DNA of 64,000 nucleotides from an uncultured Actinomycetota bacterium (GTDB lineage Bacteria > Actinomycetota > Actinomycetes > Propionibacteriales > Nocardioidaceae): contig CAWIVR010000027.1 in NCBI GenBank assembly GCA_963839565.1, positions 196,897-260,896 of the forward strand, read 5' to 3'. Shown here in pieces: positions 42,159-52,094 of this stretch; positions within the stretch are counted from its first letter, which is position 1, and each line of letters begins with the position of its first letter. The position numbers were made by a program, and so were the translations under genes. The notes under the pieces were generated by a model that worked only from the letters and a program-made list of their open reading frames with translations, was not told the origin of the DNA and made no database searches.

Positions 42159-43262
42159 GTGCAGGATCGGCTGTTCCGAGCCCTGGCCATCCTGCGCGTG
42201 GTGCTGCTCGCCAACACCATCGGCCTCAACCTCCTGCGCCACGAGAACTTCGAGCACCCGACCGCGGGCCTCCTGGTCGTGCTCGGCCTGTCCGTGTGGA
42301 CCGGCGTCGCCATCTGGGCGTACGCCGACCCCGCTCGGCGCACGCCCCCGCTGCTGGTCACCGACCTGCTGGTGGCCGTGGCCGGCCTGGCCGTGACCCC
42401 ATGGGTGAAGGGGCCGGACTTCAACGCGACGGTCGCGGGTTTCTGGGTGATGGGCGCCATGTTCGCCTGGGCGATCCAGTGGAGGTGGGCCGGAGGTCTG
42501 ACGGCCGCGGTCGTGCTGTGCGCCGCCGACCTGGCGATCCGCGACAGCTTCACCCAGAGCAACTACGGCAACCTGTTCCTGCTGATGATCGGCGGCCCGA
42601 TCATCGGCTACGTGTGTGAGTCCCTGCAGCGGTCGGCGATGGCCGTCGCCGCGGCCGAGCGCACCGCAGCAACCGAGGCGGAGCGCGCCCGCCTGGCGCG
42701 GGCCGTGCACGACGGTGTGCTGCAGGTGCTGGCCCTCGTGCAGCGGCGCGGCGGCGAGCTCGGCGGCGAGGCCGGCGAGCTGGGCCGGCTGGCCGGCGAG
42801 CAGGAGATCCGGCTGCGGGCGCTGATCCGCGCCCAGGACTCCGTGGTCCCTCCCGCCTTCGGCGACGCCGACGGTCGTGTCGACCTCGCCATGGAGCTCG
42901 CCCGCTTCGAGGAGCACGGGTCGGTGACCGTCTCGCTGCCCGGCCCGGCGGTGCCGCTCCCGGCCCGGACCGTGGACGAGGTCGTGGCCGCGGTCGCCGC
43001 CTGCCTGGACAACGTGCTCCTGCACGTCGGCCGGAGCGCCCCGGCCTGGGTGCTCCTGGAGGCCTTCCCCGACCGCGTCGTGGTGTCGGTGCGCGACGAG
43101 GGTCCGGGCATCCCGGCCGGCCGCCTCGAGGCGGCCCAGGGCGACGGTCGCCTCGGGGTCGTCGACTCGATCCGCGGCCGGATCGTCGAGCTGGGTGGGA
43201 CGGCCGAGCTGACGACCGGGACCTACGGGACCGAGTGGGAGCTGACGGTGCCGCGCTCGTGA
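42159..43262 (+). CDS. macS: MacS-like sensor histidine kinase (DUF5931 sensor); start may be further upstream
   Basis: Six TM helices, AVHDGVLQVL, VRDEGPG, LGVVDSIRGR; sits next to plsC as in Streptomyces. Confidence 0.85.
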   Translation: MQDRLFRALAILRVVLLANTIGLNLLRHENFEHPTAGLLVVLGLSVWTGVAIWAYADPARRTPPLLVTDLLVAVAGLAVTPWVKGPDFNATVAGFWVMGAMFAWAIQWRWAGGLTAAVVLCAADLAIRDSFTQSNYGNLFLLMIGGPIIGYVCESLQRSAMAVAAAERTAATEAERARLARAVHDGVLQVLALVQRRGGELGGEAGELGRLAGEQEIRLRALIRAQDSVVPPAFGDADGRVDLAMELARFEEHGSVTVSLPGPAVPLPARTVDEVVAAVAACLDNVLLHVGRSAPAWVLLEAFPDRVVVSVRDEGPGIPAGRLEAAQGDGRLGVVDSIRGRIVELGGTAELTTGTYGTEWELTVPRS

Positions 43263-44200
43263 CGCCTCAGGGCTCGCGGTCCCGCGTGTGGTCGTGGGTG
43301 GTCCTCGTGGTGGTCGTCCTCGTGGCGGCCTACTTCGTGCAACGCAACGCAACGGTGATCGCCGACACCTACGCGGCGATGGGCTGGCAGACCGTGCTGG
43401 GGGCGGGCCTGCTCGGGCTTGCGGGGACGCTGGCGATCGGACTGGTCTGGCTCACGCTGATGCTGGGGATGGACCGCGCGAACCTGCCAGCGGTCGACGG
43501 GCTGAGCACGTTCTACGTCGCCCAGCTGGGGAAGTACGTTCCGGGTGCCGTCTGGCCGATCCTCGCCCAGGTGGCATCCGCCAGACGGTGGGGCTATCGG
43601 CGCGCGACGGTGGTGACGGCCAACCTGCAGATGATGATGCTGCTCGCCGTCACCGGCGTGCTGCTGGGCGTGGTGCTCCTGCCCTGGGTGGCCGAGTTCG
43701 AGCGGCCCTGGCTCGCCTGGGCAGTCATCCTCGTTCCCCTTCTTGTGTGGCTGCTTCTGCCCGGGTCGGCGGCCACGCTGCTGCGCTGGCTCCCGCTCCC
43801 CGACAAGTGGCGGCTCGACGTCCCGGTGACCAGGCGCGCCTCGCTGGCTGCCGTGTGGTGGAGCCTGGTGACCTGGGGGCTGATGGGCGCCCAGCTGTGG
43901 GTGCTCCTGCACGCCGCCGGTGGCCGCGGACCGGGGACCGTCGCGGCCGCCGTGGGTGGCGCCGGGCTGGCGTACGCCGTCGGCCTGGTCGTGGTCTTCG
44001 CCCCGGCGGGCGCCGGAGCCCGCGAGGCCGTCCTGGTGGCGGTGTGCGCCCCGATCGTCGGGACCGGGGCCGCACTGGCCGTCGCCCTGGCGGCGCGGCT
44101 GCTGCTGACGCTCGCGGACGTGCTGCTGGCCTGCGCCGGAGCGGTGCAGCGGGCCGTGCGGGGCGGCGACGCGTCAGCCGCGACCGCGGTAGAGCAGTGA
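43259..44200 (+). CDS. Lysylphosphatidylglycerol-synthase-TM (flippase-like) membrane protein
   Basis: AQLGKYVPGAVW, APAGAGARE motifs. Confidence 0.82.
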   Translation: MTPQGSRSRVWSWVVLVVVVLVAAYFVQRNATVIADTYAAMGWQTVLGAGLLGLAGTLAIGLVWLTLMLGMDRANLPAVDGLSTFYVAQLGKYVPGAVWPILAQVASARRWGYRRATVVTANLQMMMLLAVTGVLLGVVLLPWVAEFERPWLAWAVILVPLLVWLLLPGSAATLLRWLPLPDKWRLDVPVTRRASLAAVWWSLVTWGLMGAQLWVLLHAAGGRGPGTVAAAVGGAGLAYAVGLVVVFAPAGAGAREAVLVAVCAPIVGTGAALAVALAARLLLTLADVLLACAGAVQRAVRGGDASAATAVEQ

Positions 44201-44898
44201 GGTCTGCTCGGAGTACGGCAGGGTCGGCGTCAGGCCGGTGAGCACCTGCTCCTGCAGTCCCGAACGCTCGATGGCCTCGCGGTAGCGCCGGCGACGGCTG
44301 TTGTCGAAGACGACCAGCCCGCCGGGCGCGAGCCGGGGGACCGCCCGGTCGAGGCACGCCTCGCGGGCGCGTCCGTCGATCACGACCAGGTCGAAGTCGC
44401 CGTCGACGACGTCGATGGTCGAGACGTACGCCGTGAAGTCGAGGCCGGCGTAGTCCTCCTTCGCCGAGGGCGTCTGCGGGTTCGGGGACGCCACCGGCGG
44501 CTCGACGTGCAGCACGACGTTGGGGAACGGGCTGAGCAGCGGGCCGATCGAGGCCGCGAACTCCGCGTGGTGCTCGACCGAGTGCACCTCGCCGCTGCGC
44601 TGGGCCAGCCAGGCGGTGCTCGCCCCGGAGCCGAACTCGAAGACCCGGGCGGGGACGGTCCGCGAACCGAGCCAGGTCTCGACGACGTCGATGGCCCGGT
44701 AGGTCCACCACGGCACGTCGATGCGCGCCAGGGCGGAGGAGTCGTAGACGTGCGTGAGCGTGTACAGCCAGTGCCGCGTCCGGTGCCCGCGCTGCGGGGC
44801 CTCGGCCGGCATCAGCGGGTGGCCTCCAGGGCCTTGCCGGACCCGCGCGCGACGCCGACGTACGCCCCCTTGGCGGTGGACACCCACGACCGTGACAT
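44174..44898 (-). CDS. Class I SAM-dependent methyltransferase-like protein (probable frameshift near 44815)
   Basis: PWWTYRAI, VFEFGSGAST, SVEH, LVVIDGRAR, VFDNS; RBS GAGGAAGG before ATG 44898. Confidence 0.75.
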
Positions 44899-45003
44899 CG
44901 GCAGCCTTCCTCGCGACGGCCACTCGTTCCGAGCAGCAGGTCGAGACTATGCGGCGGCGGCCTTGCAAAGCGGACAAACGGGCTCGGCGCCTAGGCTCGC
45001 CGC

Positions 45004-45522
45004 GTGACCATCCACACCGAGCATCCCTTCCTCGAGCCCGAGCGGGACCCGGTGCGGCAGCTCCGCGGTCGGCTGGGTGGCGTGGTCACGTTGTGGACGG
45101 CGGGACAGGGGGAGCGTCCCCTGGACCGGGCCGGGTTGACCGTGACCTCGGCGCTGGTCGCCAACGGCGAGCCGCCGCGGTTGCTGGCGCTGCTCGACCC
45201 CGACAGCGACCTGGCGGACCTGCTCACCGAGACCGGGCTGGCGGTGGTCAGCGTGCTGTCGTGGGAGGACCGCGACCTCGCCGAGGCCTTCGGCGGTACG
45301 GCGCCCGCCCCGGGCGGTGCCTTCCGTCAGGCGGAGTTCGTGCCGACGCCGTGGGGACCGCGACTGGCGAGCGCGACGACCTGGGCCGGCGTACGGCTGG
45401 AGAGCACCGCCGAGGTCGGCTGGTCCATCCTGGTGACGTGCGTGCTCGAGGAGGTGAGCGTCGGCGACGACGACCCGCTCGTGCACCGGCGTGGTCGCTA
45501 CCAGCGGCCCGCGGAGGCGTGA
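45004..45522 (+). CDS. Flavin reductase-like (FMN split barrel) protein
   Basis: RGRLGGVVTLWTAG, GLTVTS, PLVHRRGRY. Confidence 0.82.
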   Translation: MTIHTEHPFLEPERDPVRQLRGRLGGVVTLWTAGQGERPLDRAGLTVTSALVANGEPPRLLALLDPDSDLADLLTETGLAVVSVLSWEDRDLAEAFGGTAPAPGGAFRQAEFVPTPWGPRLASATTWAGVRLESTAEVGWSILVTCVLEEVSVGDDDPLVHRRGRYQRPAEA

Positions 45523-45541
45523 CGGCGTTAGGGTCACCGCC

Positions 45542-46225
45542 ATGACCGAGCAGCCCGAGGGCCCGACGCGCACCCGCGTGATGGTCGTCGACGACCACCC
45601 GATGTGGCGCGACGCCGTCGAGCGCGACCTGGCCGCCGCCGGCTTCGACGTGGTGGCGGTGGCCGCCGACGGGAACCAGGCGCTGGCCCGCTTCCCCGCG
45701 GCGCGTCCGCAGGTCGTGGTCCTCGACCTCCAGATCCCCGGGCCCAACGGCGTCGAGGTGACCCGGACGGTGCTCGAGCAGGACCCGTCGGCGCGGGTGC
45801 TGATCCTCTCGGCCTCCGGTGAGCAGGAGGACGTGCTGGAGGCCGTCAAGGCGGGTGCCACCGGCTACCTGGTGAAGTCGGCGCACAGCCGCGAGCTGGT
45901 CGAGGCGGTGCGCGGCGTCGCGGCGGGCGGCACCGTGTTCACCCCCGGGCTGGCCGGCCTGGTGCTGGGCGAGTTCCGCCGGATGGCCGACCCCGCGAGC
46001 GCCGAGGCCCCGGGCACGCCCGAGCTGACCGAGCGCGAGACCGAGGTGCTCAAGATGGTCGCCAAGGGGATGTCCTACAAGCAGATCGCCGAGCGCCTGG
46101 TGATCTCGCACCGCACCGTCCAGAACCACGTCCAGAACACGCTGCGCAAGCTCCAGATGCACAACCGCGTGGAGCTGACCCGCTACGCGATCGAGCGAGG
46201 ACTCGACGGTGACGACGACGAGTGA
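45542..46225 (+). CDS. macR: MacR-like NarL/LuxR response regulator
   Basis: VMVVDDHPMWRDAV, LTERETEVL...RTVQNHVQNTLRKLQMHNRVEL; own TAGGGT -10 element 7 nt upstream. Confidence 0.88.
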   Translation: MTEQPEGPTRTRVMVVDDHPMWRDAVERDLAAAGFDVVAVAADGNQALARFPAARPQVVVLDLQIPGPNGVEVTRTVLEQDPSARVLILSASGEQEDVLEAVKAGATGYLVKSAHSRELVEAVRGVAAGGTVFTPGLAGLVLGEFRRMADPASAEAPGTPELTERETEVLKMVAKGMSYKQIAERLVISHRTVQNHVQNTLRKLQMHNRVELTRYAIERGLDGDDDE

Positions 46226-47078
46226 GCTCGTGCCGGACCTCGTGGACGGGTACCTCACGTTCCTGGGGTACGCCGACCGGCCGGCGCCCACGGTCGCGTC
46301 GCTGGTCGAGCTCCACCAGCGGCACCTGGCGCGGGTGCCCTACGAGAACCTCGAGATCATGCTCGGCCGGCCGCCGTCGGTCGCGCCGCTCGACTCGCTG
46401 GCCCGCGTCGGGCGGGTCGGCCGGGCGGGCTACTGCTTCCACCAGAACGGCGCCCTCGAGGTGGCGCTGCGCGAGCTGGGGTTCGCCGTCGAGCGCCGGC
46501 ACGGGCACGTGTGGACCAGCGAGGACGACCGTCACACCGGCGTGCTGAACCACCTGGTCCTGGTCGTCACCGGGCTGCCGACCGACGACAACCCGGGCGG
46601 TGAGTGGTGGCCGGACGTCGGGCTGGGCGACGCCCTCGGAGACCCCCTGCCGCTGGTCGTGGGCGAGTACGAGCAGGGCGGGTTCGACTACGCGCTGACC
46701 GAGGTACGCGACGACGGTTGGTCGTTCCTCGCCGACAGGACGGGCTCGTTCACCGGCGTCGAGGTGTCCGGCGTCCCGACCGACGCCGAGATCGCCGAAC
46801 GGCACGCCTCGCTCTCCACGCCCCCCGACGGACGGTTCGCCACGGTGCTGGTCGTGCAGCGCCGGATGCCCGAGCACGTCGACGTGGTGCGCGGCTGCCT
46901 GTCCCACCGGATCACCCCGGGCGGACAGACCGAGGTGGAGCTGACGTCGTACGACGCCTGGCGCAGCGCGATCGAGGACGGCTGCGGGCTGTCGCTGGCC
47001 GGGGTCGACGACGCCGAGCTGACGGCGCTGTTCGACCGGCAGCTGGCCGCCCACCGCACCTACATGGAGACGCGATGA
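46209..47078 (+). CDS. Arylamine N-acetyltransferase family protein
   Basis: VPYENL, RAGYCFHQN (Cys), NHLVL (His), PDVGLG (Asp) triad. Confidence 0.88.
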   Translation: MTTTSELVPDLVDGYLTFLGYADRPAPTVASLVELHQRHLARVPYENLEIMLGRPPSVAPLDSLARVGRVGRAGYCFHQNGALEVALRELGFAVERRHGHVWTSEDDRHTGVLNHLVLVVTGLPTDDNPGGEWWPDVGLGDALGDPLPLVVGEYEQGGFDYALTEVRDDGWSFLADRTGSFTGVEVSGVPTDAEIAERHASLSTPPDGRFATVLVVQRRMPEHVDVVRGCLSHRITPGGQTEVELTSYDAWRSAIEDGCGLSLAGVDDAELTALFDRQLAAHRTYMETR

Positions 47079-47978
47079 GCGACGACCTGCTGGACATCGC
47101 CGACGAGCTCTACGGGCTGCCGCTGGCCGACTTCACGCCGGCCCGCGACGCGAAGGCCAAGGAGCTCAAGGGCACCGACCTCGCAGCACCGGTGAAGGCC
47201 CTGAAGAAGCCGACCATGGCGGCCTGGGTCGTCAACATGCTCGTCCGCCACGAGACCGAGCAGGTCGACCAGGTGCTGGCGGTGGGCGCGGCGCTCCGCG
47301 ACGCGGCCCAGTCGCTCGACGGCAAGGAGCTCCGCGAGCTCACCAAGCAGCGGCGTCAGCTGACCGCGGCCGTCACCACCCGGGCTCGCGGGGTGGCCGG
47401 GTCGCTCGGCACCAAGGTCACCCAGGCGGTCGCCGACCAGGTCGAGTCGACCCTGACGGCGGCCATGCTCGACCCCGACTGTGCCCGGGGGCTGCGCAGC
47501 GGCCTCCTGGTCACGCACCTGACGAGCACGGGCCTCGGGGAGTCCGCGGCCGGTGCGGCCGTCGCCCTGCCCGAGGCGCTGGGCTTCGCCGCGTCCTCGG
47601 CACCAGCACCGGCCGAGCAACCCGTCGGACGGCCGGACCTCAAGGTCGTGCCCGACCCGGACGCGGAGGCCAAGAAGCTCGCCGCGGCCCAGGCCGCGAT
47701 GGAGGCGGCCGAGGCCGTCGAGGAGTCGGCCCGGGCGACGTACGACGAGGCGGAGCGTGCGGTGACCGAGCTCGAGGCCCGTTCGCTCCAGGTCCAGGGC
47801 GAGATCGAGGAGCGCCGGCGGCAGATCGCCGAGCTCGAGGAGACGGCCGAGGAGGTCGAGGAGGAGCTCGACGAGGCCGAGGACGCGCGGACCGAGGCGA
47901 GGACCTCGCTTGCGCAAGGCCGAGCAGGCCCGCGAGCAGGCGGAGACCGCGTTGGACCGGCTGCGCAAGAAGCGTTAG
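47075..47978 (+). CDS. Hypothetical coiled-coil protein (frameshift near 47910)
   Basis: DELYGLPLADFTPARD...KKPTMAAWVVNML, acidic coiled-coil tail; ATGA overlap with the NAT gene. Confidence 0.7.
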
Positions 47979-48338
47979 CTAGCGAGGCATCCGGCAGACG
48001 GGGGTGCCGCCGGGGAGCCGGTGGCGGTAGCGCGCGACCACCCGGTAGACCGCGTCGGCCAGCGGTCGCATCGCGGGCACCAGCAGCACTCGCCCCGCCC
48101 AGGACCACGGTGTCCCGCGCAGGAGGAGGGCGCGGCCGATGGCCCGCGACGAGTGCTCCACGGGCCGGTCGTCGACCAGCCACCACACCGACGTCGAGAC
48201 CTGGTCGACGGTGAGCCCGACCGACTCGAGGTCGAGGAACTGCCACGGCACCGTCTCGACGCGATCGTCGCGCGCCAGCCAGTTGGCCGACGTGGTGCAG
48301 AAGCCGCAGTCGCCGTCGAAGACCAGGCGCTCGCTCAC
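47979..48338 (-). CDS. DUF393/DCC1-like thiol-disulfide oxidoreductase
   Basis: LVFDGDCGFC (DxxCxxC), YRVVARYRHRLPG; own CAGACT -10 element. Confidence 0.9.
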   Translation of the reverse strand: MSERLVFDGDCGFCTTSANWLARDDRVETVPWQFLDLESVGLTVDQVSTSVWWLVDDRPVEHSSRAIGRALLLRGTPWSWAGRVLLVPAMRPLADAVYRVVARYRHRLPGGTPVCRMPR

Positions 48339-48358
48339 ACGTCCAGTCTGGCAGGGCG

Positions 48359-49730
48359 TCAGCGGGCCGGCAGCCAATTGGCCTGGCACCGCGGCGGGTC
48401 CTGGGTGTCCACGGCCCGGAACAGCTGGAACTTCTCGACCAGGAGGGGCAGCCGCACGCCGTCGCCGCCGTCCAGGGTGCGCTCGCCGTCCTCGTCGCTG
48501 ACGACGACCGAGGTGGACGGGTGCCGAGCCAGGTAGTCCAGGAGGTTGCGCTCCGGGATGAGGTAGCCGTCCTCGGCGTACTTGCCGAGCTCCTCGTCGT
48601 CGGTCTGGACCACGGTCAGCAGGTGCTCCTGGACGTCGGTCAACGGGAGCGTCTTGCGGACGACCAGGTGGTTGGACTCGCCGTCGACGGTGACGAGGTT
48701 GGCGTACATGTTGAAGCCGTAGGCCGTCTTGAGCTCGAGGTACGGCGTCAGCCCGTTGGCGACGACGCCGGCCACCAGGACGAACGCCAGGGCTCCCGGC
48801 ATCCGCATCGGGACGTGGGAGGGGCCGAGCCCGCCCGCGGGCCACGCTCACGATCAGCCACCCGGCGAACGGGACCCAGGCCACGAACGGCAGCACGTCG
48901 AGGATCGCCGAGGTGAGCACGACCTGCGGGAGGACGGCGGCGACCACGAGCAGGAGGCTGATCGCGAGGCCGACGGCCACGATCCTGGGCCGTCGCGCCG
49001 CGCCGGCCTCGAGCGCGGCCAAGGTGGGTTCGGGCAGGAACAGGCAGAGCAGCATCACCAGGGCGGCGGTGAAGTCGTAGAAGTGCTGGTCGAGGTCCAG
49101 CGAGATGACCGTGTGGAAGGTGAGCGCGACGAGCACGCCGATCCGTCGGGTCCGGCTGAACGCCAGCAGGAGCGGGACCGAGAGCTCGGTCAGCATCGGA
49201 CCCGCGATGGTCAGCCAGGCGATCGGGCTGTCGGTCGGGAAGGTCGGCAGCCCGAAGGACCCCAGCGACTGGTTCGCGTAGAAGACGCCGCAGGAGGCGA
49301 CGGGGTCGAGGAAGCCGGTGTTGAGCTTCGCGAAGGCGGCGAACGAGTAGAACGCCAGCAGGATCCAGCGCCCGGTGACGGAGAACCAGGCCCACGGGTC
49401 GCGAAGGAACAAGGAGACGACGACGGCCGCGGCCACGAACCCGACGAGCAGCCAGTGGTTGCTCAGGAACGGCGCCTCGAGCCACACCGAGAGCAGCACC
49501 AGCGCGGCCGTGGCGCCGAGCGTCCGGCGTTCCGGCCGGGCGACGAGCAGGACCGCGAGCAGCCCCAGCACCGTCGAGACCACGATCAGCGCGGTGGACC
49601 CGGCGAAGTCGCCCGAGCGCGCGGACGGCGGGTTGCCGGCCAGGTGCGCGATGACGGCGACGCCGAACGTCCGGGCGAACCACCGCCACGGGTCCGGCAT
49701 CGCGTCGGTGCTCCGCGACGAATCGGTCAC
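48359..49730 (-). CDS. HTTM-domain membrane protein (vitamin K-dependent carboxylase-like fold), frameshift near 48815
   Basis: SNHWLL, YSFAAFAKLNTGF, FHTVI, then ELKTAYGFNMYANL soluble C-terminus. Confidence 0.78.
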
Positions 49731-49734
49731 GGAC

Positions 49735-51213
49735 CTACTCTGCCCAGCCGCGCGCTCTCTCGACGGCTTTTAGCCAACGCGCGTGGGAGGCGTCGGCGCG
49801 GGTGCGGTCGTCGGACGGGTCGAAGGAGCGGTCGAGCTGCCAGGTGTCGCGCAGGTCGTCGGTGGAGTCCCAGACGCCGACGCCGAGCCCGGCCAGGAAC
49901 GCCGCGCCCAGGCCCGTGGTCTCCACGATCCTGGGTCGTTCGACGACCCGGCCGACCTGGTCGGCCTGCAGCTGGCAGAGCAGGTCGTTGGCCGACGCCC
50001 CGCCGTCCACGCGCAGCGGTGGGTCGGTGCCGTCGCCCGGCATGGTCTCCAGCACGTCGCGCACCTCGAACGCGATCGCCTCGAGCGTCGCGCGGACGAT
50101 GTGGGCGCGGGTGGTGCCGCGGGTGATGCCGATGATCGTCCCGCGAGCGTGCGGGTCCCAGTGGGGTGCGCCGAGCCCGGTCAGGGCCGGCACGAAGACG
50201 ACGCCGTCGGTGTCGTCGACGGTCGCCGCGACGGCCGCGGTCTCGGCGGCGGAGCCCACGATCTGCAGTCCGTCGCGCAGCCACTGCACGGCGGCGCCCG
50301 TCACGAAGATCGCGCCCTCGAGGGCGTAGGTCAGCTCGCCGTCGGGGGCGCGCCAGGCGGCCGTGGAGAGGAGGCCGGCGTCCGAACGCTCCAGCGTCGT
50401 GCCGGTGTTGGTGAGGATGAACGAGCCGGTGCCGTAGGTGCACTTCGCGTCGCCGACGTCGAAGCACGTCTGCCCGAACAGGGCCGACTGCTGGTCGCCG
50501 GCCAGCCCCGCGATCGGCAGGGAGAGGCCGGCGAACACCGCGGGGTCGGTCGTGGCCACCTCGCCCCAGTTGGGGACCAGGTCGGGCAGCGCGTCGCGGG
50601 GGACCCCGAACAGCGAGCACAGCTCGTCGGACCACTCGCCGGTCGACAGGTCCATGAGCAGCGTGCGGGAGGCGTTCGAGACGTCGGTGACGTGCCAGGT
50701 GCCTCGGGTCATGCGCGCGACGAGGTACGAGTCCACCGTCCCGACGGCGTACCGACCCTCCTCGACGAGCGCCCAGGTCTGGGGCTCGTGCTCGGCCAGC
50801 CACATCAGCTTGGTGCCGGAGAAGTACGGGTCGAGGCGCAGCCCGGTCAGCTCGGTGACCCGCTCCTCGTGGCCATCGGCGCGGAGGCGCTCGCAGATGT
50901 CGGCGGTCCGGCGGTCCTGCCAGACGATGGCGCGACGCGGGGAGCCGAGCGTCTCGCGGTCCCACAGCAGGATCGTCTCGCGCTGGTTGGTGATGCCCAC
51001 GGCCCGCAGCTCGGCGCGGTCGACCTGCGTGAGCACCGCGCGGACGGCCTCCAGGGCGGCCTGCCAGATCTCCTCGGGGGTGTGCTCGACCCAGCCCGGC
51101 CGGGGGAAGTGCTGGGGGAACTCCTGGTAGCCCTTGGCCACCACCGACCCGCGCTCGTCGACGACGAGGGCGGTGACCCCGGTCGTGCCGGCGTCGACGG
51201 CGAGAACGCTCAT
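49735..51213 (-). CDS. glpK: Glycerol kinase
   Basis: AVDAGTTG, GITNQRET, DPYFSGTK, GDQQSALFGQ, KCTYGTGSF. Confidence 0.95.
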   Translation of the reverse strand: MSVLAVDAGTTGVTALVVDERGSVVAKGYQEFPQHFPRPGWVEHTPEEIWQAALEAVRAVLTQVDRAELRAVGITNQRETILLWDRETLGSPRRAIVWQDRRTADICERLRADGHEERVTELTGLRLDPYFSGTKLMWLAEHEPQTWALVEEGRYAVGTVDSYLVARMTRGTWHVTDVSNASRTLLMDLSTGEWSDELCSLFGVPRDALPDLVPNWGEVATTDPAVFAGLSLPIAGLAGDQQSALFGQTCFDVGDAKCTYGTGSFILTNTGTTLERSDAGLLSTAAWRAPDGELTYALEGAIFVTGAAVQWLRDGLQIVGSAAETAAVAATVDDTDGVVFVPALTGLGAPHWDPHARGTIIGITRGTTRAHIVRATLEAIAFEVRDVLETMPGDGTDPPLRVDGGASANDLLCQLQADQVGRVVERPRIVETTGLGAAFLAGLGVGVWDSTDDLRDTWQLDRSFDPSDDRTRADASHARWLKAVERARGWAE

Positions 51214-52034
51214 GAGGCAGACGTGTTGCGGAGGATCTCCAGGATCCGCTCGTCGAGCCACTCGCCGTCGGGGTCGGCGCGCATCTCGTAGTTCTCGGTG
51301 CCGATCCAGGCGTGGAGGTCGGCGAACCCGAGCGCCTTCACCTTCTCGTCGACCTCGCGCTTCTGCTCCTCGGTGAGGAAGATCTTCTCCTCGTCGGTCG
51401 ACGCGGTCAGGTAGAGGTCGTTGAGGTCGAGCAGGCGGGCCAGCTCGGTGACGGGGTCGGCGTGGTCGTCGACCCGCAGGTCGACGGCGATGTCGTCGAG
51501 GCCGCCGTACCCGGCGCCCTCACGGACGACGAGCAGCGCGGCCGACTGGCGCCCGCGGCTGTCACCCCCCGCGTCGTCGCCGGCCGTGAGGGCGGCGAGC
51601 AGGCGGCGGCCGAGCGGGGCGTCGTCGTCGGTGGTCTCCCACGCCGCCTCCATGGCGAGCACGACCTCCTCGCCGGCCAGGATGTTGCCCTGGATGGCGT
51701 AGCCGTCACCGGTCACGCCGCCCGCCCAGTCGAGACAGGCATGGCCCGTGTGGGTGGCCGCGCCGCCCTCGACGTCGACGATGCCGACCTGGCGCGCGTC
51801 GCGGCCCGCGTCGTCCTCGAGCAGCCGTTGCAGGGCGACCGACGCGTTGGCGCCGTCGTCGAGGTGGGCGAGCGCCTGGCCCTTGTAGGCGACGTTGGCG
51901 TCGGCCTGGGTGGCGATCGCGCCGACGCCGGCCACCGCTGCCGGCACGGCCGATCCCACGGCCAGGAACTTGGAGGCAACGGCCACGCCCCACGACTCGC
52001 CGTCGGCGGACCGGGCCACGATCGAGAAGGTCAT
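51210..52034 (-). CDS. DUF1028 (Ntn-hydrolase-like) protein
   Basis: MTFSIVARS...GVAVASKFLAVG, GDSRGRQSAAL, DLRVDDH. Confidence 0.9.
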   Translation of the reverse strand: MTFSIVARSADGESWGVAVASKFLAVGSAVPAAVAGVGAIATQADANVAYKGQALAHLDDGANASVALQRLLEDDAGRDARQVGIVDVEGGAATHTGHACLDWAGGVTGDGYAIQGNILAGEEVVLAMEAAWETTDDDAPLGRRLLAALTAGDDAGGDSRGRQSAALLVVREGAGYGGLDDIAVDLRVDDHADPVTELARLLDLNDLYLTASTDEEKIFLTEEQKREVDEKVKALGFADLHAWIGTENYEMRADPDGEWLDERILEILRNTSAS

Positions 52035-52094
52035 GCCGCGACCCTAGCGATTCTCGGTTGCCTTCAAGTGGGGTGGAGGTTGCACGATGGCCGG

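Noticed and set aside
47979-49730. Apparent 583-aa HTTM-DUF393 fusion in the ORF track
   Set aside because: It arises from a frameshift near 48815; the natural HTTM C-terminus ends at 48359 in another frame and DUF393 has its own promoter and start
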